In this document: one piece after another, positions 12,001-23,649 of the stretch
Layout: each line of letters begins with the position of its first letter
Position numbering within the stretch: position 1 is the first letter of the stretch
Source: Anthoceros angustus
Lineage: Eukaryota; Plantae; Anthocerotophyta
Assembly: GCA_010909165.1 (NCBI GenBank)
Contig: MU008181.1
Location: 930,001-994,000 of the forward strand
Reading direction: 5' to 3'
DNA length: 64,000 nt
Notes under the pieces: generated by a model
What the model was told of the DNA's origin: nothing
What the model saw: the letters and a program-made list of their open reading frames with translations, nothing else
The model's database searches: none
Made by a program: the position numbers and the translations under genes

Positions 12001-15000
12001 AAACAGTGCACGAACCTGTCCAAAGCCATGTCTCGAGTATGAGCAGAGCCAAGGCTCTGCACGATAAGCCACTTGTCAACCGTTTGATTTCCATCCTCAG
12101 TCAGCAAAACATCTATGCTGTGAATTTTTGAAGGCACATTGAAACCTCCAAAGAGGCTAGATAGCTGGAATTTGCGCCATTTCTTGTCTTGAAAAGGATG
12201 TCGAAGAACAGCACGAGCAGGGTCAACTCGCACGGAGAATAGGTTGTGAGGAGTAGGATCGCCTTCCTCCCAAGCTGTTACAGTAACCTGCAAAAGGAGT
12301 GCAAAGACAGCAAGTTGGCATTAGTCACTTCCTCCGAAGCGGTAAGAAGTACCTACAAAAGGGATGCAAGAACATCTACTTGGCATTAATCACTATTTCC
12401 TTTCAGACCAGATGACAGGCATGAAGTTCAAGAACCAAGACATACATCTTCCACGCTCCTCAGGAACAATAATGCCGATGATGCATGAATCTTGAATCTG
12501 TTAAGGATACGGGCAACCTCTTGATCTCCATGCTCCTCTGCACTCTTCATCTTACTCTCCATAGCCTGGCTTCCAGTACGTAAGGGCATGCGTATAATAG
12601 TAGAATTCATCCAAGACCACGTGACTTGGTTGGCTCGAAGTGGGCGGAATTGATCCATAAATCTCTGGGGAAGGTCCGTGCCTTTTCACCACAAAACAAG
12701 TAAGCTACAAGTAAGCAGTCAATTCCATGTATGTGCAACAATCTAGATAAAGTGGTGCCGAGTATATGGGAAGACCTTTTAAAGAATATGCTTTGCCAAC
12801 CGGGCTTCCTGTGGGGGCTGATCGTCCCTCCGCCAACGAGCCCGCAAGGATAATACCAGATGGATCAAAGAGGTAAAGGCAACCTCCAGACACTATAAAT
12901 GGAAGCTCTGTCAGGTGATAAACACCGAGCAGACCACTTCCATACTGGCATACATGTCCACGTAGCCTGGGTGGAGGGAAGTTTTGCAGTATGCACACCT
13001 CTTCTGTGCTTAGCAGTGCTCCCTCAAATACAACAGTCAAAGCAGGTCCTTGAAATTGTCCTGAAAAAGCCAAAGTTATGGAGAGGTCCATCTCTACTCT
13101 CTCTGAACAGATAAACTCATTGTGCTTACTCACCTAGATTAGGCTGAAGGAGGGACTGCCGAGGGTGCTCCCTCTTGTCATATATGACATGAACTTTCTG
13201 CACTTTGCAACAATCTGCAATCTCTAGCAAATCGAATAATAACAGGTCTTCCTCCCCATAGCCCGAGAGTATATCTGAAATCATCCCTGCATCCAGGCAT
13301 GGTAAGTTGCTCGTCATCTCCTGATCTACAAGAGAGAGATACCTCAGCGACTTCGCCCCAAGACGTTCAGCTAGCTCATTGCTGATCTCTGGATGAACAA
13401 GACGCCTCATGCCTGCTAGTCCAGATACACTCTTTGCCAGCCAAGGGGCATCATTGTACACAAGGTCTTTAGCTGGAAGTAAAATACTAGATGCATCGGG
13501 AATAAGAACCGGCCCAACAGAACTTCTGCCTGATATCACGGCCTGTGTAGGTAAAACCTCTGTAAGAGCCTCAAGCACTCGGACAACAAATGTAAGCTGT
13601 TCACTAGAAAGGCTACGACCACTGCAGTCTTCTGCTATGCGTATAACAACTTGTGCATAATCAGATGCCTCAAACGTTTCACGCACACCCAGCTTACTCA
13701 GAAGGTCTTTGAACTCCACAATTTCAGAAGGAACTATATGTAAATATGGATGGAAGTGCGCTGGAGAGTCAAAGGCCAATTCCTTGGCTGACACAAAGCT
13801 GTCCCCAACCCAGATCCATCGAAGACCCTCAAGCATTGGCTGTAAAATCATCAAGTCACTTGAGTCCACAAGCTCTTGCAGATACTTGTATATCATTGGG
13901 ACCTCCTGAGAGAGCTTGGCATTTACTTCTTGGATCTGGTCGACAACAGATTGAGGTGGCAACCTGCCTTCGCTCCTGCTTAGGTGGAGATGATTCTTTG
14001 ACAGCTGCATAAGTTGCTCAGCAAGTACAGCAACATTTGGACGTTGTGTCCAGCCAAGCTTGGATGCAAGGGCCAAGGAATGACAGTCCCCATCCAAAAT
14101 CCGCATCGTAGCAGAGACAAGCCACATCTGAGACTTAGGCCGGACAACCTTTGGAGCAGCAACACCGGCAAGTCTCTGTGACGGCCACGGAAGTCCAGAA
14201 ACTGGAGGCTCAAGATAAACTGGACACCAGTCAATATTAACAAGTTGCTGCCAGAACTTTCTTTCAGAATCCTCTGCATCAAGCTGCACCAAGCTTTCCA
14301 AGCTCTTGTCTGAATTAGCGGACGCTTTTGAGTATGCTCTTTCCAGACTTACTTCCTTATCAAGTTTTTCGTATCCCATGCCCAGCAAGTCCTGGCTCTC
14401 AGGCATAAACGTCTCAGCAGGTGTCGTGACTATGTCACAGTTTTGAATAGCCCCCTCGAGATAGTCTAGATGAGCCAGTAAAGCCCTGGCTCTTGCTTGA
14501 GCCTCTTGCTGATCTGAGTTACTAATCATCGCCACTGACCTTGCACTGTCTAACAGCCCCTTTCGCCCTAAAGACCTTCTTAAACCCAATGTTACCAGAA
14601 CATCAAGCACAGAGTCATTCCCAAATTCATCGGAAGGAAAAAATGCCTGCTTATTCAGCAATGTCTGCAGTTCAGACACCCGAGGATCGTACAATCTGCA
14701 TAACAACCAACTACTCATTAGCACCCTGTCCAGAATCTGCATGGAGGGCATATCAAATGAGACAAAGACAGTCAAGTCTACAGAAGTGGCCAGCATACAG
14801 AACCTCCGCAACGGTATTCTAGATTTCCCAGCAGGTCCAGCCTTTAGCAACCTGTTAATTTGTAAAGGAGTTGAAGGAGAGAAGGCTGTGTATCATGCAA
14901 CTCGCTTTCAATGACGATATGAATGATGACAACAGCAATGCAGTTCAAGACCTTGAGCAAACATTCAAAGTTCCAAGAGCAAACATTCGCTTCAAAGAGT

Positions 15001-18000
15001 TCAAAATGCTAAGTAAACACAAGCAAGTGACATGCTCACCGTTCAGGAGCCTCAATGGCACCACCAGAAGTTGGAACAAAAGGCAGCTGACTTAGCAGAG
15101 CCACAATGGATGGATCCTCCATCCGTAGTGTGGGAAGATCTTCAAGAACTTGTAACATTGCACGAGAACGGACATCTGTAGCAATCCGTAATATGTTCAA
15201 AAACATATGATTCTGGTAAAATTGGAGTCTTGTAAGTTTCCTCACTCCAAGAAACTTTGTCAATACTTCAGCTTCCCTTTCTGATTCAACACGAATGAAA
15301 CTCTCTCCAAAAATGCCATCCTCCAGCCCATCTGGAGGTAGCCATCGTGCTGATTCTGGCAGATCAACAAAGTGGCGACCGGCATTTGAACCATAACACT
15401 CAAAGACTGGTAAAGACCTCAGAATCTGCGTTCTCACAGCATCCATGTGCCCTCCTGAAAACCATTTTGATTGGCACAGAAAACTGCGGAGCTCCCGCAG
15501 CTCCCCATCCGAAGCAGATTTCAACAAGTGTGGGATATTTTGCAATCGATCACCAGCTGCTGCAAGCAAAGCATCAAGAACCCCGACTGCTGACGCATCA
15601 TGAATATATTCTGCCAAGGAAGGATGACTTATAGAAATATCTGGCCTAAGCAGGAAACAATGTGCCTTTTGCAAAACTCCAACCATATTTTCACTCCAGC
15701 CATCATCTCGCAGAATCTTGGAGTTCTTTGATATTCTCAGTAACTGCCCATCAGAAGTAGGCAAAAGGGGCCATTCGGATAGAACCATTAAGTTCTCGCA
15801 AGATGATGCCAGGTACTTCCAGAGCAACTCCACCCATGCCACAGCAGGGTGCCCACCTTGCTCTGGTGTCCAGGTGACAGCATTTTTCCCACGCCATTCT
15901 GCAGGCACCAGCCTGTGTAGGAGCTCTAACAAGACAGGGCACGTAAAACAAGACAAATTTGTGTGTCCAGATTTGGCTATGTTGTGCAACCTTGACAGCA
16001 CATCTCCCTCAATTTCGCGATCGATTAGCATAAAACGAGCTTTATCTTTCAATAAGTTAAACTCCACTTCATTGCACACAAGAAATCGCTCTCCAAATCC
16101 AGCCTTCATAAGGATGCCAAGGACTCCTGTGGCAAGAGGAAGAAGATACAATCCTTGAAGCTTCTCTCCAACATCTAAGTCGGCGACATCACTTAAACAG
16201 TACTTTAGAGCCATGACTGCTACCCTCAAGGGCCCTAAAATTCGTTTGCTTGCCGCTAACGACTTGCGCAGTAGGTGTGGAGTGAGGTATCTAAGAGTCG
16301 GGCAGTGGTCTCTGAATCTCTGCACCACCACAGAGGGAGCACTTATCAATGCCAGCCCTGCATCTGCCAAAGCCTTCCCAAGCTCCTCAGCCTCTGAAAA
16401 ATTAATATCAGGAAACACAGCCTTTCTGGCTGAAACCCACTTTCCTTTGCCTGCAGCTATGTGCAGAACGGCCAGATCGAGCTCCACAACAGCGGTGTAA
16501 AGCTGCCTCACAACAGACGCCCAAGGCTCAGCTACTGTTGCTGTTGGCCAAAGTGAGAAAAAAGCGTCACTCGGCCCAAGCTCATGAGCAGCTTCTGCTA
16601 GCATCCTAGCATATGCAGGGGCCGCAACATCTTCCAACAGACAGCAATTCCAAGTAGATCGGAGCTTCCCACCACCTGCCATATCATCTCCATACCATAT
16701 GTCTCTACGATTGGATGAGAGCTCAAAATACCCATTCACATGAACTGGCAAGCCTGTTTTAACAGGCAAGGGCAAAAAACAAAACGCCCGACCTTCTAAC
16801 ACACCCATGGCCTTCCCTCCATCCTTAACATCTCTGTTAGTGTGATCTGGTTCTTGAACATTGTCTCGGATTCGTGATGCTATGCCGGCCCATGGAACAA
16901 ATCCACGTGCTCGGTTTTCAGCTGCAACAGCTTGCTCCCTGGCACGGCCACCACCAATAGCATTACTAATAAGCCATAACTCAGCCTTCTCCAAATCTTG
17001 CTCCTGGCACGGCCACCACCAATAGCATTACTAATAAGCCATAACTCAGCCTTCTCCAAATCTTGCTCCCTTATACATATTTTCACTGTTGCACATTGCC
17101 ACGGTAGCTGGCTCTCTGGTGTCCTAGAAAGCCTCCTGTAAAACTGCTCCTTGTCGATTGGATTTGCAGGATCCCCTCGAACAAATTCAAAAACTGGACC
17201 TAGTGACCGAGGGCGCTGCGCCTGTGACTCTGGAAGTGGCCTATGTATTCGATAAAGAAGCTGCATTTCCTGGCTTGTCTCCTCCCGCACATAGACAGCA
17301 ACACTAGCAACATTCCGCAGGAAAAGTAGAGCTTCAGCTGCACTTGTCCGGAAGGACTGGAATAGAGAGAGCACATCCTCGGGCTTGTAAGCCTCCTGCT
17401 TGATCTCACTGCTGGCAGCTGTTATAGCTGTGCGCAGAGGAAAACGGAATAACGTGCCTGGAAATGACTTTTGCAAATCACAACCAAAGAGCAAGTACGG
17501 ATGGAACTGGTCAGGAAACTGCTCAAGCAAACCCCTTCCCACAAAGTTGATCTTCAAACCAGGATGAGAAGATGTGATGCCCGGAAGATTAGAAGCATGA
17601 GGATCAAACATCACTATATTGCCACCAGAGACAAACCCTGGTATGTCTGTAAAGTGGTATACTGCATTGAACCCAAGCCCAAACCTACCAATAGCTGATG
17701 GCTTTTCAATCTTACTGTCCTGTCCAATGCGTGAAATTGCATAGAGATCTCGTGGTGTGAAGACTGAATTATTGTAACAATACAATGCCGCGCCCTGCCA
17801 TTCAGCCATTCCTGGAGACAACACAGATGACTTTCCATACTGTGACTTATCTAGAAGAAAGCTGACCTCTGAGGCGCCAGCATCATCTGCATTCTGAACG
17901 AGTTCACACAGGATTCCTGGACCATCAGCATACATCTCAACTATGTGTTTCAGCCTGGTGGTCAGAGCTTCATGCTGTCCGAATGCTTCTGCAGCTTCAT

Positions 18001-21000
18001 GCAAACCCAAGTCCACTGAATCAGAGCTTTCTGCCAAAATCAATCGACGGAGAGAGCGCACACCGAGCCTTTCTGCCACATCATTTGAAATCTTAGGATG
18101 TACAAATCGTGTACTTCTTGAAGTCACTGTCGATCCGGCCAACAGTGCACCCACGGCATTGGGCATGTTCTCGGAATGTGGTAACCAAGGTGCATCATTA
18201 TACACAAGATCCGAAGCAGTGATAAGAACCGAGCTGGCATCAGGCACAAATATGGTAACTCCTTGCCCACTGAAGTGTAGATCAGCTAAGTGCTGGACAA
18301 GCCAGATTGCAGCACCCAATTGCTGCGAATTGAGAGGAGAACCATCACTGTCTCCAGCAATTTTCATTAGCACAAGGGCGAATTCAGTTGGAGTCAGAGT
18401 TTCCCTCACACCAAGCTCGAGCAACAGCTCCTTGAACACAGCAAGATCAGCTGGAATAACTCTCAAATAGGGTGCAAGGTGGAGTGGCCCGCTGAAAGCC
18501 ACCTCCTGCACGTTTGCAAAACCATCACCAACCCACACCCACCTGCTTCCTTCCAGAACAGCTTTGACAATCTCCATTTCTTCAGTTCCAAGCATTTCAT
18601 TCAGAATGGTGTATATTCTTGGTACAGCTGTTGCCAAAGCCTGACCTAATCCCCTGTCTTCAATCAGGACATGGTTTTTACCTAGTTCCAGGAGTTGGGC
18701 AGCCAAAACGCTACCACCTGGTCGACCAGCCCAACCGAGCCTCATTGCCAACCCTGCTGATCGACATTCGCCATCCAAAATACGCATACTGGCTGATGCA
18801 AGCCACATATCTGACTGTAATCGGACGAGCTTTGGAGGAGCTACAGGGCTACCTACAGAAGGCCAGGGCAGATGTGGATGAGGTGGGTGCATCAGCACAG
18901 GACACCAACAGATAGTTATGAGCTCGTTCCAGAACCTACTAAGGGTGGCATCCATTCCATGCTCTTGGGGCTGAAACATTGTGGAAACCTTCATGAACAT
19001 CCGACCAATAGTCCTATTAGCATCCTCCGCTGATTGAGGTAACCACTTGCTTGAATTCAGTTCCAAATAGGAGAGCAAGGCCTGGCCTTGAGAACAAGCA
19101 ATTTCAGGTTGTGCAGCTAAAAGAGATTCTACTTGCCTAGCACTTTGAAGCACTGTCTCAGGTACGACGGCAGTTTTGAGGCCTAGACCCTGCAACATGT
19201 CCAGTACATCAGGAGATGAAAACTCGTCAGCTGGGAAATAGTCTGCATTATTTAAGAGAGTGAGAAGCTCGCTGTTCCGTGGATCATAGAGAGACTTGGG
19301 AGCCATTAGCTCCCCACTCGCTGCAGGTACAAATGACAACTGTTTGAGCATCTCCTTCATAGTAGGATCGCTAACGCAAAGCTGTGGCAGCTCCCTCAAA
19401 ACCGCCAGCATCATCCGGTTACGAAGGTCAGGAGCAAGTTTGCTCACACGACCAACCACCCTCCACTTGTAAAAGGCAGCTCTTCCAAGTTTCCTAACAC
19501 CCAAAGGTCCAGTGAGCACTTCCACTTCTCTGTCTGACGCAGTGTAAAGAAACTCAGTGCCCAAGAGTGCTTCCTCCATATCAGAGGGGGCCAAGAATCT
19601 CTTAGGACCACTCAAGTCCACAAATACTTTGAAGACAGGGTCAACCTCATCATAGGCTTCAAAAATTGGCAGGGCTCGAAACATTCGGAGGCGGGCTTCA
19701 TTCATCTGATCCCCTGAGTACCATTTTCGTTGATAGAGGTACTCCCGCAGCTCTCGCCTCTCTAGATCTGTTACAGCTTCAAACATTATTTGAAGACGGG
19801 GCACCTGATTGAGTGCAGCTGAGATTATTGCATCTAAGATACCAGGCCCACTGGCATCATGCACACAGAGTGATAGCTGTGGATGTTCTAAAGGAAAATC
19901 AGACCTCAAAATGCGACATCCCAGCTTTCTCAACAGGCTTTCTATGTTAGCACTACACACCCCACCTTTCACCACCTTCGACATGGATGTGGGTCTGCAT
20001 AGAAAATTGTCTGTTGTTGGCAGCAGAGGCCACTCCTTAAAAACAGACAAATCCTTGCAGCACAGCTTCAAATATCGCCAAAGAAGTATAAGCCATTCCT
20101 GGGTAGGGTGGTTATCCACCAGCTCAGGTTTCCACTCTACTTCTTCCTGATCCTTCCACTCTGCTGGCATGAGGTAACACAGAATTTGAGCCAGCTCCAC
20201 ATCACTAAGCTGCCGCAGGTTTGTGCTTGCAACCTTTGCGATGCTATCAAGTCGCTGTAGTAGCCTCTTTGGAATACTTCGATCTAAGGCTTTCTCTGGT
20301 AAGCGAGCAAGCAGGCTATACTCCAACTCTGTGCAAACAAATACAAGACTTCTGCTGGCTTTTTTCCCAAACACACCAAGCCTCCCATTCGCAAGGGGGA
20401 TTAAGGGAAGCCCGGCCAGAAGGTCCCCAGCTTCATCATCAATCACATCCGCAAGACAATATTCCAACAGGACAAGAGCATTCTTCCTGTCCACCAGGCC
20501 TCCATGTTTGCCAGGCTTGCTCAGCTGTGCTCGAATAGCAGTTGGGAGAACCATGTGTGGGTTAGGCACACAGTAGGTAAACAACATCCTCAGCATTGAC
20601 TCTGAATAACGCACAAGGAGCAAATCTTCTGCAACAATCGCTTCCGCGAGGCTGTCGGGGTCAACAAACTGCTCATCATGAAACAAACTTTGTAATGGAG
20701 TGATCCATTTACCACCCTGAGCGGAAGAATGCAACACAGGAAGTTTAGCGGTATGTTTAAAGAAACTCCTGACCATTCCTTGCCAGGGTTCAATAAAAGT
20801 ACCACATGGCCATAAGGCCTCATACAGCTTCGACAACCCTACGACTCTGGTAGCTTCCAGGATGAGCTCTGCATACCCTGAAGCCACTACATCCTCCAAA
20901 AGACATTGATTCCAATCGGATCTCAGTTTACCTCCCCTGTCCATGTCACCTCCATACCAGATATCGCGGCGATTAGATGAGAGTTCAAAGTAACCATTGA

Positions 21001-22406
21001 CATGGACAGGTAGACCTGTTTTAACAGGCAGAGGGAGAAAGCAAAACGCTCGACCTTCTATACAGCTGGAAGCAAGGTCCTGGACAAAAGAAGCCAGCAG
21101 TGAGGAATTAGTCTTTGAGATGTCTAACAAGTGTGTCTTACCCTTTCAAGAACAAATAGAGCATCTGGGAACCCACCCTGTCCTCCTTTCCCGAGATTTT
21201 TGCTGCAATAGAAGCCCAAGGTACTAAGTGAATGTCGTACTCCTTAGCAGCATTCCTAGCCATCACTGAGATTCTGCTCGCTGGTCCACCCATGCACTGA
21301 GAAAGTAGGAAGACCTCGGCCTCCTCTTGCCCTCGTCCATCTCCAGCACAAACTTCCCTGAGAAACTCAATCTTAAAGATGTCATGGATATTTGATGAGG
21401 CCACTGAACCCTTATTCACTGAAGATGCTCCCCTTGCCAACCTCGAAAAGGCTTGTCTGTGCCAGCGAAGCTCAGCCGTTGGCGATTTTACTCTGCACGA
21501 GTACACTTTGGTTGGACTGTCAGCACCAACTTTCCAGTCGAAAATGTCAATGGTCTCAACATTCTTTAAAAACAGCATAGCCGACGTGGCTTCGGCGTAG
21601 AGTTCATGAAGCAAGACTGTCATATCATCTTCAGAATAAGACTGTCGGGATAGACGACTAACAGCTGCCTGCTGCACTGTTCTCAAAGGGAAACGAAAGA
21701 GTGTTCCCTCATATGCCTTCTCCATGTCACATCCAAACCCACAGTAAGGCTTGAACTGATCATGGTACAGCCGCATAGCACCAGTGCTGACAAAGTCGAT
21801 GCGCTTCCCTGGATTTGAACTGTTCACTCTTGGCAAAAACTTGCAGTGAGGATCAAAAAGCACCACATATTTGCCACTTACGAAAGATGGCAAGTCGGAA
21901 AGATGATACACAGAGTTGAACCCAACCCTGTAAAACAACAGCATCAAACTTGTGAACACACGAGCAAAAACTTCCTACACATAACCCGAATGACACTCAA
22001 CCTTACATACAATCGCACACACTGCCAATCTCAACAACGAATCTCACCCGAAACGCCCTGTCTTCCAGGCCTGCCCCCGCTTCTTGCTGTCTCCGATTCT
22101 GGAGATACTGTCAAAATCTTCTTCAGAAAATTGGGAATTATTGAAAGCCAGCAATGCCGGCCCCTGCCATTCTGCCAAGGGTGCATTGTAGAGGGTTTCA
22201 GCTGCATGCTGCCTGCGATCGATACAGAAGCACACCTGAGTGGCTCCTGCATCGTCCGCATTCTGAATAAGTTCCTTCAGAATTGTTGTCCCCTCTGGAT
22301 AGTTGGTTAGAACTTCCCGAATTCTCTGAGTCAGGTCCACCTTCTGACCAAAATCCTCCGCAAAGCCTAAAACCCTGTCTTCGACGTCCATCCCCGATCC
22401 CTCCAT
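6067..22406 (-). CDS. SACS: Sacsin-like giant protein: three sacsin-repeat regions with GHKL/Hsp90-like ATPase folds plus C-terminal C3HC4 RING, ~4,860 aa, 13 exons; reading frame broken by a 65-bp duplication in this assembly
   Basis: Exons called by GT-AG sites and phase: 22406-22048, 21927-21177, 21079-15040, 14695-13134, 13060-12776, 12681-12446, 12287-12016, 11936-8765, 8565-8433, 8212-7689, 7547-6618, 6531-6352, 6264-6067. They sum to 14,642 nt; minus 65 gives 14,577 nt = 4,859 codons. Motifs: KELIQNADDAGA (SRR1), CELVQNADDAGA (SRR2), GRFGVGFNSVYH, GTLFRFPLRT, EGRAFCFLPLPVKTGLPVHVNGYFEL (twice), RING CRVCL..PCGHVLCQRC..CPFC. Architecture matches plant sacsin-like proteins. Confidence 0.93.
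16939..17068. repeat. Exact 2 x 65-bp tandem duplication inside sacsin exon 3 (frameshifting)
   Basis: Unit (minus strand) gagcaagatttggagaaggctgagttatggcttattagtaatgctattggtggtggccgtgccag twice, flanked by a 10-bp microhomology (cttgctccct at 16931 and 17062). Confidence 0.95.
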
Positions 22407-23196
22407 TCCCACCACAACCCCACACTACGCTCCGAATCCCCCACAACCCGAATCCTCCACCTCCCGCACAACCCGCACTCTCCAGTTCCCAGCGGCCAAA
22501 TTCAGGCCAGCGTGCACCAAACCCAGCCCCTGGACAACCGGCAACAAGCAGATCAAGAACGGATCAACAGCACTAAATCACAACTACTCCACCACGAGCT
22601 AGATCCGCGTCCGAGCTCCCAGCTCCCCGCTCCCCCTCCCGGAACGAAGGATTCTCCCAGCCCGCAATGCGAAATTGCCAACAACGCAACGGAGTTCCGT
22701 TCCGTGCCACCCACTTCGGCTGCTCCCTCCCGAAGCATGCTGCGAGAATTCTCCTGCTGGTGCGAGCAGGCATACAGCCTCCGATCGCTCTCGCAGCGCC
22801 CACGAAAATTCGAAATTTCAGAGCGCACGCAAAGGAGTCCTTGCCCGCAACTTTCCCGGGCAGCTTCCGCCCGGCCCACTTAGCACAACACCAAAATCCT
22901 CACACTGTCGCAACTATGACCAGCTCACGTGACCCTATGATTGCGACCACGTGAGGCCCGGATGATCGCGCGTCGCGCTCCAGCCTGCAACTGAAAGCGC
23001 AAGCGCGGCCATGTCCAGCCTTCCGGGCTGGCCTGGCTCGTTCCGGACAGTAGAAATGCTTGCGGCTTGCGCCTTTTGTTTCGCACTTCGCACACCGATG
23101 TTTTCTCTCACCGTGCTCAATATCAATGTGAGCCTATCCAACACCATTTACTAAAACCGTTATTAATCTACCGTATTAGTATATCTTAGGAGCTGG

Positions 23197-23630
23197 CCGA
23201 CCGCCGACGGTCGGCAACACACATGCAGTGGAACGCAACCTGTTCAGATGACTCTTACCCATCACCCAAAATTCAGTCTACAGGACTTATGTGTTTGGAG
23301 GGAGGACCAATAACGGTTTAGTGGAGATAATCCTTGCGCGTGGTGGCCAAACCTAGTGGCCCCGCATGGAGTTCCTCAAATGCCCAGAAATTGGGCTCTA
23401 GAAATGGGAACCAAGTGAAATATTATTGCAAAGCATTAGTATTAAATTCAGACTTATTGGCAAAGTATTATAAGGTATGAGTGTATTTTGAGAAAACGTG
23501 TCTGTGTCTGTGCAAGGAGACAAGTTGTAGACTTCAAAAAATAGATAGTATCTTGTAAGTGGAGATGCGTTTTAGGAAAAAGCTACCATCCCAACATTAG
23601 AATGTTGTGGCCACTCTTGAAATTGATATT
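23197..23630. repeat. Dispersed repeat (probable non-autonomous TE); its halves recur at 27405-27625 and 26486-26705, with a short piece at ~27735-27790
   Basis: Shared blocks cggcaaca..aacctgtt.agatgactc..cccatcacc, tgcccagaaattgggct, gaaccaagtgaaatatt.ttgc, gtaagtggagatgcgttttaggaaaaagct.ccatcccaacatt. Perfect hairpin ccgaccg-ccga-cggtcgg at 23197-23214. Confidence 0.75.
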
Positions 23631-23649
23631 AAAATTATATTATATAATT

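Noticed and set aside
16939-17068. Idea that the 65-bp duplication is a new intron that splices out exactly
   Set aside because: Exact removal needs an AG|GT site within the unit. The only candidate is AG|GC with a poor donor and a purine-rich acceptor. An 80-nt GT-AG alternative has a weak donor; not supported without RNA data.
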